DNA of 64,000 nt from Henriciella sp. (GCA_965228095.1 OZ245793.1:3563516-3627515), one strand, 5' to 3'; positions 17,519-26,197 are shown, counted from the stretch's first letter. Program-made: numbers and translations. The notes: generated by a model not told the origin, from the sequence alone.

Positions 17519-18612
17519 TTTACGGCTCTGAGATTCGGTTGTTGAGTTGGGGCTTGTTTTTGGAGCGCTGGATTTACAAAGCTCCAACCGTGATCGCGAA
17601 CGCGCTGCGCGAGGTCGGCCGGCGCGAGCTTGGTGTAGCGCAGCGCCATATCGGGTTTGCGCCAGCCGCCATGTTCCATCAACCAGGTCAGATTGTGACC
17701 GGTGGCGGCATAATACCAGGTCGCCCAGGTGTGGCGCAGAACGTGCGGGGTGACGGCATTCTCGCCTTCACTGTCAAAGCCGGCCAGTTCGCGCGCCTTG
17801 TTGAAGATGCCGGCAAACTGCCCGCCGCCATGTTCGCGGATCTTGTATTCAATGCCCCGCGGTGTGCGAAACAATCCGCCGGCGTCCGGGCAATTGCTGG
17901 TGAGCGCCGGAAAGGCGCGGGAGGCCTCCACGGGGATCCATCGTGCATCGCCATTTTTCGACGGCCCAATATAGAGCTGACGTGTCGGTGAGTTGATATT
18001 GTCGACCTGGGCTTTGATCAGCTCGCGGGTGCGGCAGCCAGTCCCGAGCAAGGTCAGAACCAGGCGCTCACAGCCATAGCCGATCGCGCGCTTGTCGCTG
18101 TCGCGATCAACCATTTGGGCGCATTCGATCAGGCGTTCAGCTTCTTCAGGCGTCAGCCACCGGATCCGCTGATTGTCGACAAGCTTTTTGCGCGGGCCGC
18201 CGCGGCGCTCATAGTTCAACACGGCGTTCGTCGGCGTCACTACCTGGCGATGTTGAGTTTGAGGTTTGGCATTCGGGTAAAGTGCCCAGGCCATGGCCTC
18301 GATAACCTGTGGGGTGACCTCTTCGCACAGCGCGTCCGGGCCCAAATGCAGAAGGATCGGTTTCAGATATCGACCGCCCCGCGGAATGGCTTTCATGTAC
18401 TTAATCGCGGCTTCAGCGAAGGTAGTTTGCGGGCCGTACATGGCCTCGTGATCGAGCTTTTCGATCAGCTCAATTAATTTCCGGTACGCGAGTGCTCTGT
18501 TGCACGTTCCAGTGCTTGTTTCCACACGTCTTCCCGTGGCTTCGTGTGTCCCTCGGATGTAATAGTTTGCGTACTTCGCGCGGTCACCCGGCGGTTTGAG
18601 TTCAAGCGGCAT
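17515..18612 (-). CDS. int: Tyrosine integrase
   Basis: TGCRTRE, HVLRHTWATW and GGW..PDMALRY catalytic motifs. Confidence 0.93.
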   Translation of the reverse strand: MPLELKPPGDRAKYANYYIRGTHEATGRRVETSTGTCNRALAYRKLIELIEKLDHEAMYGPQTTFAEAAIKYMKAIPRGGRYLKPILLHLGPDALCEEVTPQVIEAMAWALYPNAKPQTQHRQVVTPTNAVLNYERRGGPRKKLVDNQRIRWLTPEEAERLIECAQMVDRDSDKRAIGYGCERLVLTLLGTGCRTRELIKAQVDNINSPTRQLYIGPSKNGDARWIPVEASRAFPALTSNCPDAGGLFRTPRGIEYKIREHGGGQFAGIFNKARELAGFDSEGENAVTPHVLRHTWATWYYAATGHNLTWLMEHGGWRKPDMALRYTKLAPADLAQRVRDHGWSFVNPALQKQAPTQQPNLRAVK

Positions 18613-18797
18613 GGTTCTTCCTCCAGGACCTCGAGCAGCTTGTTTATGTGGTGTGGCTGCAGGTATCGAGATCGGCCTTTTCTTAAGCATGACCGGGGAG
18701 TCCGGTCTAGGATGTCACGAATGTAACGCAGACCGAACCCCTGGAATTCCGGAAGGGCCAGAAGTTCGGTGTCGTGGATGGATGCGCCGCGGGTCAT
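18474..18797 (-). CDS. Probable excisionase-like protein overlapping int start
   Basis: ATGA-coupled to upstream gene, overlaps int 5' end, basic HTH-like core. Confidence 0.45.
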   Translation of the reverse strand: MTRGASIHDTELLALPEFQGFGLRYIRDILDRTPRSCLRKGRSRYLQPHHINKLLEVLEEEPCRLNSNRRVTARSTQTITSEGHTKPREDVWKQALERATEHSRTGN

Positions 18798-18982
18798 CTG
18801 AAGCCATCTCCCATGAATTCGCCTTGGCCGTCGCACGCCGGACATTCTCCCCAACCATCGCAGAGATCACAGTGCGGCTCGCCGAGTTCACCGCCGTCGC
18901 ATTCTGGGCAAACACCCTGCCCGGCGCACATTTCGCAAGTCTCTGCGTCTGCTGAATCGAGATCGTCCAGGAGTTCGGTCAT
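18794..18982 (-). CDS. Stand-alone DnaJ-type zinc finger protein
   Basis: Four CxxCxGxG-like repeats: CEMCAGQG, CPECDGG, CDLCDGWG, CPACDGQG. Confidence 0.7.
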   Translation of the reverse strand: MTELLDDLDSADAETCEMCAGQGVCPECDGGELGEPHCDLCDGWGECPACDGQGEFMGDGFR

Positions 18983-19179
18983 TGTGCTTTTCGCTCCGCC
19001 ATGTGCTGGGCGAGGTTTCGCAACTCTTCCAAAGAGCGATTGCAGAACCTGCAACGTCCTTCACCCCATTTGCCGGACCCTCTCCAGCCAGTATCTGGCC
19101 AGCTGTGACGAGATCCAACGCGCTTGCCGGTCTTTGGGCTGATGCCGAAGCAAGGTGGAAGTGAGGGTCGTTCGGTCAT
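18979..19179 (-). CDS. Small early protein
   Basis: Overlap-coupled in leftward operon. Confidence 0.5.
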   Translation of the reverse strand: MTERPSLPPCFGISPKTGKRVGSRHSWPDTGWRGSGKWGEGRCRFCNRSLEELRNLAQHMAERKAQ

Positions 19180-19433
19180 AAGGCAGCTTTCAGCGCTTTG
19201 ATGGCGCGTTTCGCGGTGGACTTTTTTGTGATGAGAACGGGTGTTCGGCCTTTAAGGCTGTAGGCGTTCCAACGATTTTTCGCCGACCTAGAAACAAATC
19301 CCTCGACGAATGCAGGTTGCTCGTCCCGGGGGTGTCGGCGCGCGTTCATCCCGACGACTTTCCAGAATGGGTATCCACGACGGTTTGTTCGGCGATCAAG
19401 ATAATAGACGTTGAAGAAGACGATCTTGGTCAT
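19176..19433 (-). CDS. Small basic early protein
   Basis: Overlap-coupled in leftward operon. Confidence 0.5.
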   Translation of the reverse strand: MTKIVFFNVYYLDRRTNRRGYPFWKVVGMNARRHPRDEQPAFVEGFVSRSAKNRWNAYSLKGRTPVLITKKSTAKRAIKALKAAL

Positions 19434-19699
19434 TCTGCCGCGACCTCCTGTTCTGACGCGTCATCCATTGTAAACTTCACTTCCTGCTGCAGGGCGATGC
19501 AGATCAGGGAGATTTGTTCCATGTTGAGATTGGATGGGTAGGTCAGTGCTTCATCGAGCTTTTGCGCAGACCAATCGATTGTCGCTGCGATATCGGCGAG
19601 GGTCAGGCCCTGCTGAAGGCGCGCTTCAGTCACGGCCATGTTAAGCGCGATGACGAAATTCTTGCGGGTTAGGTCGCAGTGTTCCACCGGCGTGATCAT
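19430..19699 (-). CDS. XRE-like HTH protein
   Basis: ARLQQGLTLADIAATIDWS HTH pattern. Confidence 0.6.
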   Translation of the reverse strand: MITPVEHCDLTRKNFVIALNMAVTEARLQQGLTLADIAATIDWSAQKLDEALTYPSNLNMEQISLICIALQQEVKFTMDDASEQEVAAE

Positions 19700-19992
19700 G
19701 ATGCGCCTCGCTCGGACCGCCCGCTCTTTTGATAGAGATCCCATGCGCAGTCATATTCTTCAGGCGATGCCTCCGACTCGAGACCGTAGCTGTAGCCGGC
19801 GTTGAAAACTTCCTTGGCCAAATCTTGGTTGAACAGGCTTTCAAGGCCTTCAGCGATCTTGAGTGCTGATCGTCTGGCCGCTTCAACGGTCCAGGGCGAG
19901 GCGGCACGGTGCGCCGTCATCTTGTCTTCAGAGAAGAGACCCGGGTGAAGGTGCTCGGCGATTCGGAGCCGCATCGGTTTGGTCTTATTCAT
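19696..19992 (-). CDS. Hypothetical early protein
   Basis: Overlap-coupled ORF. Confidence 0.5.
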   Translation of the reverse strand: MNKTKPMRLRIAEHLHPGLFSEDKMTAHRAASPWTVEAARRSALKIAEGLESLFNQDLAKEVFNAGYSYGLESEASPEEYDCAWDLYQKSGRSERGAS

Positions 19993-20173
19993 TTTTGATC
20001 ACCCAATCTGACATTCTCTTCGCGCGCAGCATCAACTCGTCAGTAGTTATGAGCCGATCAGCGTTACCGAAGCTGCGTGCTGCGGCTTCAACGCAGCGCA
20101 TCCGGTATTCCCGCTCTTGGGTCGGGTTGCGATGAGCGCTTGCGGGGGAGATTGAGGCCTTAGATTCAGACAT
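19985..20173 (-). CDS. Small early protein
   Basis: Overlap-coupled ORF. Confidence 0.45.
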   Translation of the reverse strand: MSESKASISPASAHRNPTQEREYRMRCVEAAARSFGNADRLITTDELMLRAKRMSDWVIKNE

Positions 20174-20366
20174 TCTCTGCCTCCAATCCCCACTCAATCA
20201 GCAAACGGATTTGTTGGGCGACGCTCGTGTTCTCGCGGATCGCTCGCTCGCGGATTTCGTTGAACGTTTCATCATCTAGTCGAACGACTAGCTGCTTCCA
20301 TCCATCCCGACCTGGGCACGTGGATCCATTGGCTGGGCCTGATGAGAGTTGTTGCCCTTCTCTCAT
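20166..20366 (-). CDS. Ribbon-helix-helix (Arc/CopG-like) DNA-binding protein
   Basis: KQLVVRLDDETFNEIRERAIRENTSVAQQIRLLIE pattern. Confidence 0.7.
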   Translation of the reverse strand: MREGQQLSSGPANGSTCPGRDGWKQLVVRLDDETFNEIRERAIRENTSVAQQIRLLIEWGLEAENV

Positions 20367-20539
20367 TCGACGCTCCTGGATTTCGTGGATCGTTCAACCG
20401 GGATCTGTTTCCGCGACCAGCCGATTTTGCGAAGGTAAGCATCACCTTCCCGCATGTCTTTTGCCAACGCTGAGCATGCCAAAGTGTGCCCCCCATTTAA
20501 GGATCCGCAGTAACTGCATTTCGTGTCGCGATTTGTCAT
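20363..20539 (-). CDS. Small CxxC protein
   Basis: CSYC...H..AC; overlap-coupled. Confidence 0.45.
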   Translation of the reverse strand: MTNRDTKCSYCGSLNGGHTLACSALAKDMREGDAYLRKIGWSRKQIPVERSTKSRSVE

Positions 20540-20850
20540 GATGCTTCCTTCTTTCTTCGCCAATCCACGCCGTTTTCCTCGAGCACGCTGATGGTGATTT
20601 TTTTGACCTCTTCGCTGCAGTGCTCCATCGCATCCTCCCACGTTGGCGATCGGCCGTGATCTGCGTGAAATGCGGTTTGGTAGTAGAGTGACTGTTGGTT
20701 GTGCGGCGCGCGCTCGTCATGGCTCGCTCCGCAAACCTGGCAGCAATCAGCAGGTGGCGGCAGTAGGTCCATCGTGATGGCGTGGACGGTTTCTTCTCCG
20801 GTCTCGAGATCCACTTCGATCATAGTGGTGGGCAGTTTTTTGACGGTCAT
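20536..20850 (-). CDS. Hypothetical early protein
   Basis: CQVCG..H...PH and PTWEDAMEHC motifs; overlap-coupled. Confidence 0.55.
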   Translation of the reverse strand: MTVKKLPTTMIEVDLETGEETVHAITMDLLPPPADCCQVCGASHDERAPHNQQSLYYQTAFHADHGRSPTWEDAMEHCSEEVKKITISVLEENGVDWRRKKEAS

Positions 20851-21203
20851 GACGCGTCCTTCCGCGGTTGGTGGAAGATGTTTTGAATTGGCATGGTAGA
20901 CTCGAGGTCGTCGCGCTGGAGCAAGCGAGTGAGGCATTCGCGATAGTACCGCTCGTTGGCGTCATCAGCTCCGGTTCGGATGCTTGCCGAAACATTGGAT
21001 AACAGTCCGGCGACGCCTAATATGATCACCTCTGTTGAGGCGCCTCTATGATACAGCAGATGTCCGGAATACCCGAGACTGAGCTGCGATGTGAGCCGCC
21101 ATTCATCGGTCGATGATGGATTATCTTCGTGCAAAATCTGACTGATCTCAGCAGAGAGTTCCATCAACCTATCTTGCATTTCCTTTTCGGTTCGCTCGCT
21201 CAT
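20847..21203 (-). CDS. Hypothetical early protein
   Basis: Overlap-coupled ORF. Confidence 0.5.
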   Translation of the reverse strand: MSERTEKEMQDRLMELSAEISQILHEDNPSSTDEWRLTSQLSLGYSGHLLYHRGASTEVIILGVAGLLSNVSASIRTGADDANERYYRECLTRLLQRDDLESTMPIQNIFHQPRKDAS

Positions 21204-21655
21204 TCTTCGTCCTCGTCGATAATCAGCAGCATCGCGCCCGGCACCGTTTGCACGATCGCTGGCGGGGATAGCCATTCCGGTGTGATGTTTTCCATGAACT
21301 CGACCGCGGCGGCTTCGGCGCGTGTGGCAGTCGCTTTCTTTCCGCCTTCGCGGGGGACTATGAAGCTGCCCACCCAAAACGAGCGCCGACCGGGGTATTG
21401 GCATTCGGCTACCCAATTTTCCTCGAGCAGCTCGGCTTTCTCGCAGCGATACTTGATCGGGATCAGGTCAGATTTCTTTCCCGACCATCCGCATGGGCAT
21501 TCGATTTGCAGCGTTTCAATCGGTTCCTTCGGCACCCGCCAAGCGCCTTGACGGTATTCAGTCGCGAATACCGCCCTGCCCGCGAGTCCGGTTGATTTCT
21601 TGCACTTTGGGCATGCCGGGCGCGTTAGTTTGCGAGTGGGTTTAGTCGTACTCAT
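21200..21655 (-). CDS. Zn-ribbon-containing early protein
   Basis: CPKC and CPCG motifs. Confidence 0.55.
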   Translation of the reverse strand: MSTTKPTRKLTRPACPKCKKSTGLAGRAVFATEYRQGAWRVPKEPIETLQIECPCGWSGKKSDLIPIKYRCEKAELLEENWVAECQYPGRRSFWVGSFIVPREGGKKATATRAEAAAVEFMENITPEWLSPPAIVQTVPGAMLLIIDEDEE

Positions 21656-22035
21656 TCGTCGATCCACCTTGCGATAATGGCTTCGTCCGCAGTCAGGCCG
21701 CTCTCGTACTGGCCTCTCCACACATCAGTTCCGGTCTCGTCAGTGATGGGGCGTCTCGAGCCATTTGGTCGGCGCTTGGCGTAGGCCTCGTTCAGCTGAT
21801 GCAGCCAGAGGTCAAACGTCAGCGTCGCACGGGTGCCGGCTCTCGCGCGCCAATGCGGCGTCGCATCGTATTCCCAACCCCAGTCAATTGGATGGATGCA
21901 GGTCCCGCACGCAGAGCAGCGCCAGGATCTGGAGCTGTGGGTGCGCCCGCATTCATAGCAAGTGCACGTGCTCGGACCGGCCCAGGTCTCTTTGATACGC
22001 GACAGAAGCGCACGAAGAAACACGATCGGTTTCAT
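21652..22035 (-). CDS. Zn-ribbon-containing early protein
   Basis: CTCYEC and CSAC motifs. Confidence 0.5.
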   Translation of the reverse strand: MKPIVFLRALLSRIKETWAGPSTCTCYECGRTHSSRSWRCSACGTCIHPIDWGWEYDATPHWRARAGTRATLTFDLWLHQLNEAYAKRRPNGSRRPITDETGTDVWRGQYESGLTADEAIIARWIDE

Positions 22036-22142
22036 CGATTGGCGCTTCCGTGGGTGGCGAAGCAGAAGATGGACGTTGCCGCGAGCGCCACCCAAAGGAC
22101 TGAGCTTAAAGCGGCGCGCCAGAAGGCTGGATCCTCGAGCAT
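22032..22142 (-). CDS. 36-aa membrane peptide (not in ORF track)
   Basis: MLEDPAFWRAALSSVLWVALAATSIFCFATHGSANR; TAATG overlap with mucR stop and ATGA overlap downstream. Confidence 0.5.
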   Translation of the reverse strand: MLEDPAFWRAALSSVLWVALAATSIFCFATHGSANR

Positions 22143-22531
22143 TATGATTTCTTTCCAAGGCCGATCTTCTTTGCGAAATCTGAGCGTCGTTGGGCGTATT
22201 CGGGAGCGACCATTGGATAGTCTGCCGGCAGGCCCCAGCGAGCGCGGTACTCATCCGGCGACATGTTGTAGTGCGTGCGCAAATAGCGCTTCAGCATCTT
22301 CAGTTTCGCGCCGTCTTCCAGGCAGATAATATGATGGTCGGTCACCGATTTTTTGATTGGGACCGCCGGTTCTGGTTGCGGGTCGACCGTGTCACCCAGT
22401 GCGCACAAGCTATTGTGCGTTTCTGCAATCAGCCCCTGAAGGTCATTCCTGTGGATCTGATTGTTGGACGCATAGGCGCACACAATTTTCGTCGTATGCT
22501 CAATCAGCAATTCTGCGGAATTGTCGCTCAT
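22142..22531 (-). CDS. mucR: MucR/Ros-family transcriptional regulator
   Basis: T.KIV.AY..NN, PAVPIKKSVT...IICLEDG..KMLKRYL, WGLPADYPMVAP.YA..RS..AK..GLG. Confidence 0.92.
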   Translation of the reverse strand: MSDNSAELLIEHTTKIVCAYASNNQIHRNDLQGLIAETHNSLCALGDTVDPQPEPAVPIKKSVTDHHIICLEDGAKLKMLKRYLRTHYNMSPDEYRARWGLPADYPMVAPEYAQRRSDFAKKIGLGKKS

Positions 22532-24570
22532 ACTTTTCCTCCGTTGAGTAGTTTTTGTTCGAGCTTGCGAGCTTTGTTTTCGTCGACAAATCGCGCTTCG
22601 ATTGGATGGTGATCTGACGTGATGGCCTCGGCGACCTGGCCGTCGGCGTCCTTCTTCTTCAGGCGAGAGATTTCGTCTGTGTCGAGAAACAGACCATAGG
22701 CGTCGATCAGGCGCGCCTGCTGAGCTTTCGTATATTTCTTCGCCCAGTCGGCATCTACGATTTCGCCATCCGGATTGTGAACGTAACCTGCGTCACACAT
22801 AGCGATGGCTTCGCCCATCGCGCCGGGCCCGGCCGTCCAATGGCAATCGATTGTCAGATCTGCGACCATGGACGTGAATATTCGGTCGACAAGCTCTGGA
22901 TCTTCGATCAGCGCCAACAGCGCCTTGCGCCGATCGGAGACTTCTCCATTTTTGTTGAAGCCTTCCAAGTGGCTCGCCAGAATGATGGACTCGTGTGCAT
23001 TGCCGCGCCCTATCTCAAGAGCATCTCCTGAAGGGTTATCCCGGCACACGCGAACCAGAGTCGCGTCCCAGCTCGATTGAGGAGCGAGCGCCAAAATCAT
23101 CAGCGCCTTGGCAATATTGACGTCGTCGGTGATCGCCTCGCGCAGCGCATTCGTGCGCGCGATTGCGCCGGCTTTCCAAAGCCCGCGTGTCAGCGCTTTG
23201 ACTGGCTCGCCGCCATCAGCAGGTGTCACTTGTGTTTTCTGCTTTTTCAGCCAGGCGTCGTACGACTCGCGCTTTACAACGGGGTGGTAGTGCTTGACCT
23301 TCAGAGAATGGCGATCGATCACGCATAAGACCTGGTGCAAGCTTTCCGGTGGATTCGGCTTCAGGTCTTTCGCCGCGGGATATGACCAGTCGGAGTAATA
23401 GGACTCCTGGGAGTGCTCTCGCTGATATTTCTTGTCCGCGGTGATTTTCTCAGCTTCGGTCTCCGCGGCCTTGACGGCGAGCGTGCGGGCAAGTCCAGAA
23501 TTGACCAGCTGCACGTTGCCCTCGTCGTCGGGCTCACTGAGGGCCCCGCCCGCCTCAACATAGGCGTCGACTTCGAAGGGCAACTCGCCGACCGGAACGG
23601 CGTCCCCCGCCAACCAATTCTTCAACTCGGTTTCGGTTGTGATCCGATCCCATCGAGAGTTCATTTGCTCGACGGCCTGTTCCTGCATTTCATGCGGCCA
23701 TCGCCCGAGTTCGTCGGCCCACTTCACGCTTGTGAAAACGCCGTCCATCATTGCCTGCTGAACCTTTGGCGAAAGCCGGCGCACCATGTTGACGCGGATC
23801 TGTGCCCAGCGCTCTGTCAGTCCAAGTTTTTCGCCGATTTCGCGACAGACGGCGCGAGCGTCTGAAACGTTTCCAGCTTTTACCCTTGCGTCCTGCAGGG
23901 CCGCGATCGCCCTCGCCTCTTCCATCGGGTGCACGTCTTCGCGCTGACGGTTCTCCATAACCGCAATTTCGAGCACTTCGATATCGTCGAGATCTTTACG
24001 GTGGATCCGGATCGGATGGTTCTTCGGCAGCTTGCCGGCATCGATGAGGTCTCGGAACGCCCGCCATCTTCGCTCGCCGGCGACAACCTCCCACCGAAAT
24101 TGATCGTCTGATGTGGGCACCACGCGGCGTACGACGATCTCTTGCAATTGACCTTCCTTCAATAGGCTGGCCGCAAGTTCGTCGATTGAGTCCTGGTTGA
24201 ACGTCTTGCGATAGTTCAGTCCGCTTGGCCGGATCTGATCCCAGGGCGCCATTGTCAGGGGCGCAGATGTGTCGCTGCCATTTGCGGTAACAGAGCTCGG
24301 GGTATTCTCTGTTTCGCGTTCGGCCGGTCCTGGGGGCGGCAGCGACACACCTGCAAGCCGAGCGCCCTCTGGCGTGAGCGTGAGCGTCTCGGCTTTAACG
24401 AGTTCAGACTTGCGATGATTTGCAAGGCTGCGAGCGATATTCGACCTTGATAGCCCGGCTGCGTCGGCGAGCGCGCCGGGTTGGATATCTGGACCATGTT
24501 TATGGATGGCCGTCAGAAGATCCTTATCAAAAGTAATGGTTGCCATATTGGTCAGTTCGGGGCCGTTCAT
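22528..24570 (-). CDS. Large ParB/Spo0J-family protein with extra N-terminal HTH
   Basis: LQEIVVR, VVAGERRWRA, MENRQREDVHPMEEA and HTH, plus long C-terminal region. Confidence 0.85.
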   Translation of the reverse strand: MNGPELTNMATITFDKDLLTAIHKHGPDIQPGALADAAGLSRSNIARSLANHRKSELVKAETLTLTPEGARLAGVSLPPPGPAERETENTPSSVTANGSDTSAPLTMAPWDQIRPSGLNYRKTFNQDSIDELAASLLKEGQLQEIVVRRVVPTSDDQFRWEVVAGERRWRAFRDLIDAGKLPKNHPIRIHRKDLDDIEVLEIAVMENRQREDVHPMEEARAIAALQDARVKAGNVSDARAVCREIGEKLGLTERWAQIRVNMVRRLSPKVQQAMMDGVFTSVKWADELGRWPHEMQEQAVEQMNSRWDRITTETELKNWLAGDAVPVGELPFEVDAYVEAGGALSEPDDEGNVQLVNSGLARTLAVKAAETEAEKITADKKYQREHSQESYYSDWSYPAAKDLKPNPPESLHQVLCVIDRHSLKVKHYHPVVKRESYDAWLKKQKTQVTPADGGEPVKALTRGLWKAGAIARTNALREAITDDVNIAKALMILALAPQSSWDATLVRVCRDNPSGDALEIGRGNAHESIILASHLEGFNKNGEVSDRRKALLALIEDPELVDRIFTSMVADLTIDCHWTAGPGAMGEAIAMCDAGYVHNPDGEIVDADWAKKYTKAQQARLIDAYGLFLDTDEISRLKKKDADGQVAEAITSDHHPIEARFVDENKARKLEQKLLNGGKV

Positions 24571-24603
24571 TCTTATCGACGGAATGCCCGGCCCCGCCTC
24601 TGC

Positions 24604-24726
24604 TTAAGCGGCCCTTGCGGGCAGACGTGCGGATCCCGATCGGTCACCACGGCGAATTGGAAAATTCGGCAGCTCAGCCTGCGCAAAGCGAACGGCGTTC
24701 GGTTTATCTGGCGATGAGTGAGACAT
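24604..24726 (-). CDS. 40-aa ORF, first gene of leftward early operon (not in ORF track)
   Basis: CAGGAG RBS then ATG; MSHSSPDKPNAVRFAQAELPNFPIRRGDRSGSARLPARAA. Confidence 0.4.
   Translation of the reverse strand: MSHSSPDKPNAVRFAQAELPNFPIRRGDRSGSARLPARAA
24689..24704 (+). repeat. 16-bp motif CGAACGGCGTTCGGTT, copy 2
   Basis: Identical to the other three copies. Confidence 0.85.
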
Positions 24727-24762
24727 GCAGTTTCTCCTGTGAGGAGACCTATTGTCATCTCT

Positions 24763-24802
24763 CACCAACAATTTCAAGAAAAAAATGTTGATTACAGCAA
24801 CA
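24763..24802. promoter_or_regulatory. OL-like operator region
   Basis: 17-bp TGTTGATT-A-CAGCAACA (24786-24802) plus CACCAACA half-site; matches operator at 25538. Confidence 0.6.
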
Positions 24803-24870
24803 ATTGATTTTGCCTATCCGGCAAAATTGTTACTTCACAGACTACAAATCGTAGGAGATTCGGTGTTGTC

Positions 24871-25194
24871 TTACCGCTTACCAATTGCGGTCACGACGCA
24901 TCCCGCAGCAGTAAATATTGCACCTGAGATGATTATGATTGGTGCAAGAAATAAAGCCCAGCTCGCGAATAACATTTCACGCTCAAACCCATAGCTTTCC
25001 AATCCATCAGTAAACGCCGGATCGACATTTTTGTACGCGATCACTTCCGGTGAAGTGAAGAAATGCCAGCCCAATATGCAAGTCCCGATAATCATCAGGA
25101 CAACGCCCAACACTCCGAGGCTGGACACGTCAGTTTCTTCGCTTTGTTCCGCCTCACTTTTCAGTTTCGATTGCGGCTCCGGCATATTGCTCAC
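24871..25194 (-). CDS. Two-TM membrane protein downstream of repressor (possible immunity/exclusion)
   Basis: Two hydrophobic helices; co-oriented with cI. Confidence 0.55.
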   Translation of the reverse strand: MSNMPEPQSKLKSEAEQSEETDVSSLGVLGVVLMIIGTCILGWHFFTSPEVIAYKNVDPAFTDGLESYGFEREMLFASWALFLAPIIIISGAIFTAAGCVVTAIGKR

Positions 25195-25504
25195 TAAGTC
25201 CCTTGGCTACGTTTACGACAGCATCGCGTTGTTCGGGTTGCTCGATCTGCAAGAAGTATTGTTGCAGTTTGGCCAATGTTGGATTGAAGGCGTCGGGCTT
25301 TGAGAATAGCGCAGGCACGCTCGGAGCTGACACCCCTTCTGCGTATGCGGTCAGAAACTGAAGAGTCACGTTGGTCGTTTGAACTTCAGAGTTAGCGATG
25401 TGGCCACGCGAGTATCCAATCTTGTGAGCAAGTTGCTCTTGGGTGAGGCCCGCATTTTTGCGCCAGGCCGCCAGGTGCAACTCCGGAGGTTCGAACTTAT
25501 TCAT
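25154..25504 (-). CDS. CI-like XRE repressor
   Basis: LAAWRKNAGLTQEQLAHKIGYSRGHIAN HTH; divergent from cro-like gene. Confidence 0.8.
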   Translation of the reverse strand: MNKFEPPELHLAAWRKNAGLTQEQLAHKIGYSRGHIANSEVQTTNVTLQFLTAYAEGVSAPSVPALFSKPDAFNPTLAKLQQYFLQIEQPEQRDAVVNVAKGLSEQYAGAAIETEK

Positions 25505-25537
25505 GTGAACACATTGCCACAGCGCGAAATCACGCGC

Positions 25538-25588
25538 TGTTGGTGACACCAACAATTTTCTTGTCGGAAAATGTTGGTGTGATATTAC
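25538..25588. promoter_or_regulatory. OR-like operators between cI and cro
   Basis: Perfect 17-bp palindrome TGTTGGTG-A-CACCAACA (25538-25554) and second TGTTGGTG half-site at 25572. Confidence 0.7.
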
Positions 25589-25595
25589 AAACGAC

Positions 25596-25877
25596 ATGAC
25601 GATTCTCGATGATTGGAAATCAGCCAAAGGCGTGAACGATACGCAAGCTTCTGAAATGCTTGGTATTTCTCGTGGCTTTTTTGTCGCCCTCAGACGCGAG
25701 AATGCACTGCCATCCGTGCCAGTACTGATTCGGATGCGGCGCGTTACCGGACTGAGCTTCGATGATCTGTTGAAGAAGTGGGTAGAAGAAGATGCACGAG
25801 AGCATGCCGAGAAAAATGCCCCGGGCACACAGCTTTCTCTACCCCAATTGCCAAATCAAAGTGGGGTAGCTGCATGA
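25596..25877 (+). CDS. Cro-like HTH protein
   Basis: LDDWKSAKGVNDTQASEMLGISRGF HTH; divergent from cI. Confidence 0.75.
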   Translation: MTILDDWKSAKGVNDTQASEMLGISRGFFVALRRENALPSVPVLIRMRRVTGLSFDDLLKKWVEEDAREHAEKNAPGTQLSLPQLPNQSGVAA

Positions 25878-26197
25878 ATCTATTCAATTTTCTCACCGCC
25901 TATTGGCGTGTGTACGCTGATAGCGGGTTTTACTGGTGGCAGGTTGGACTGTTCTGCTTGCTCATCACCGCCATCATTATGATTATCCGTCCACCCGTCA
26001 CGAAGACGAAGTATCTGCATTGGGTGCTTGGTGCGTGGTTGCTGATTGCAGCATTGGTTTGGACCGTGACGATGATTGTGGCTCTGGGCGGCCCACCAGT
26101 CATGCTGGTCTGTGCTTGGGGTTTCATCGCGTATTGCAAGCCACCCCTCACTGCATCGTTTTTTCGACGAAGTGGGGTGGCCAATGACGACGCGTAA
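25874..26197 (+). CDS. Membrane protein (3-4 TM)
   Basis: Hydrophobic helices; ATGA overlap with cro. Confidence 0.55.
   Translation: MNLFNFLTAYWRVYADSGFYWWQVGLFCLLITAIIMIIRPPVTKTKYLHWVLGAWLLIAALVWTVTMIVALGGPPVMLVCAWGFIAYCKPPLTASFFRRSGVANDDA

Noticed and set aside
24541-24570. Alphaproteobacterial LexA box (GTTC-N7-GTTC) before the early operon
   Set aside because: The spacing here is GTTC-N6-GTTC and it lies in the ParB start region; I saw no convincing LexA box near cI/cro. The 16-bp motif has a 3-bp spacer and does not fit known SOS boxes.
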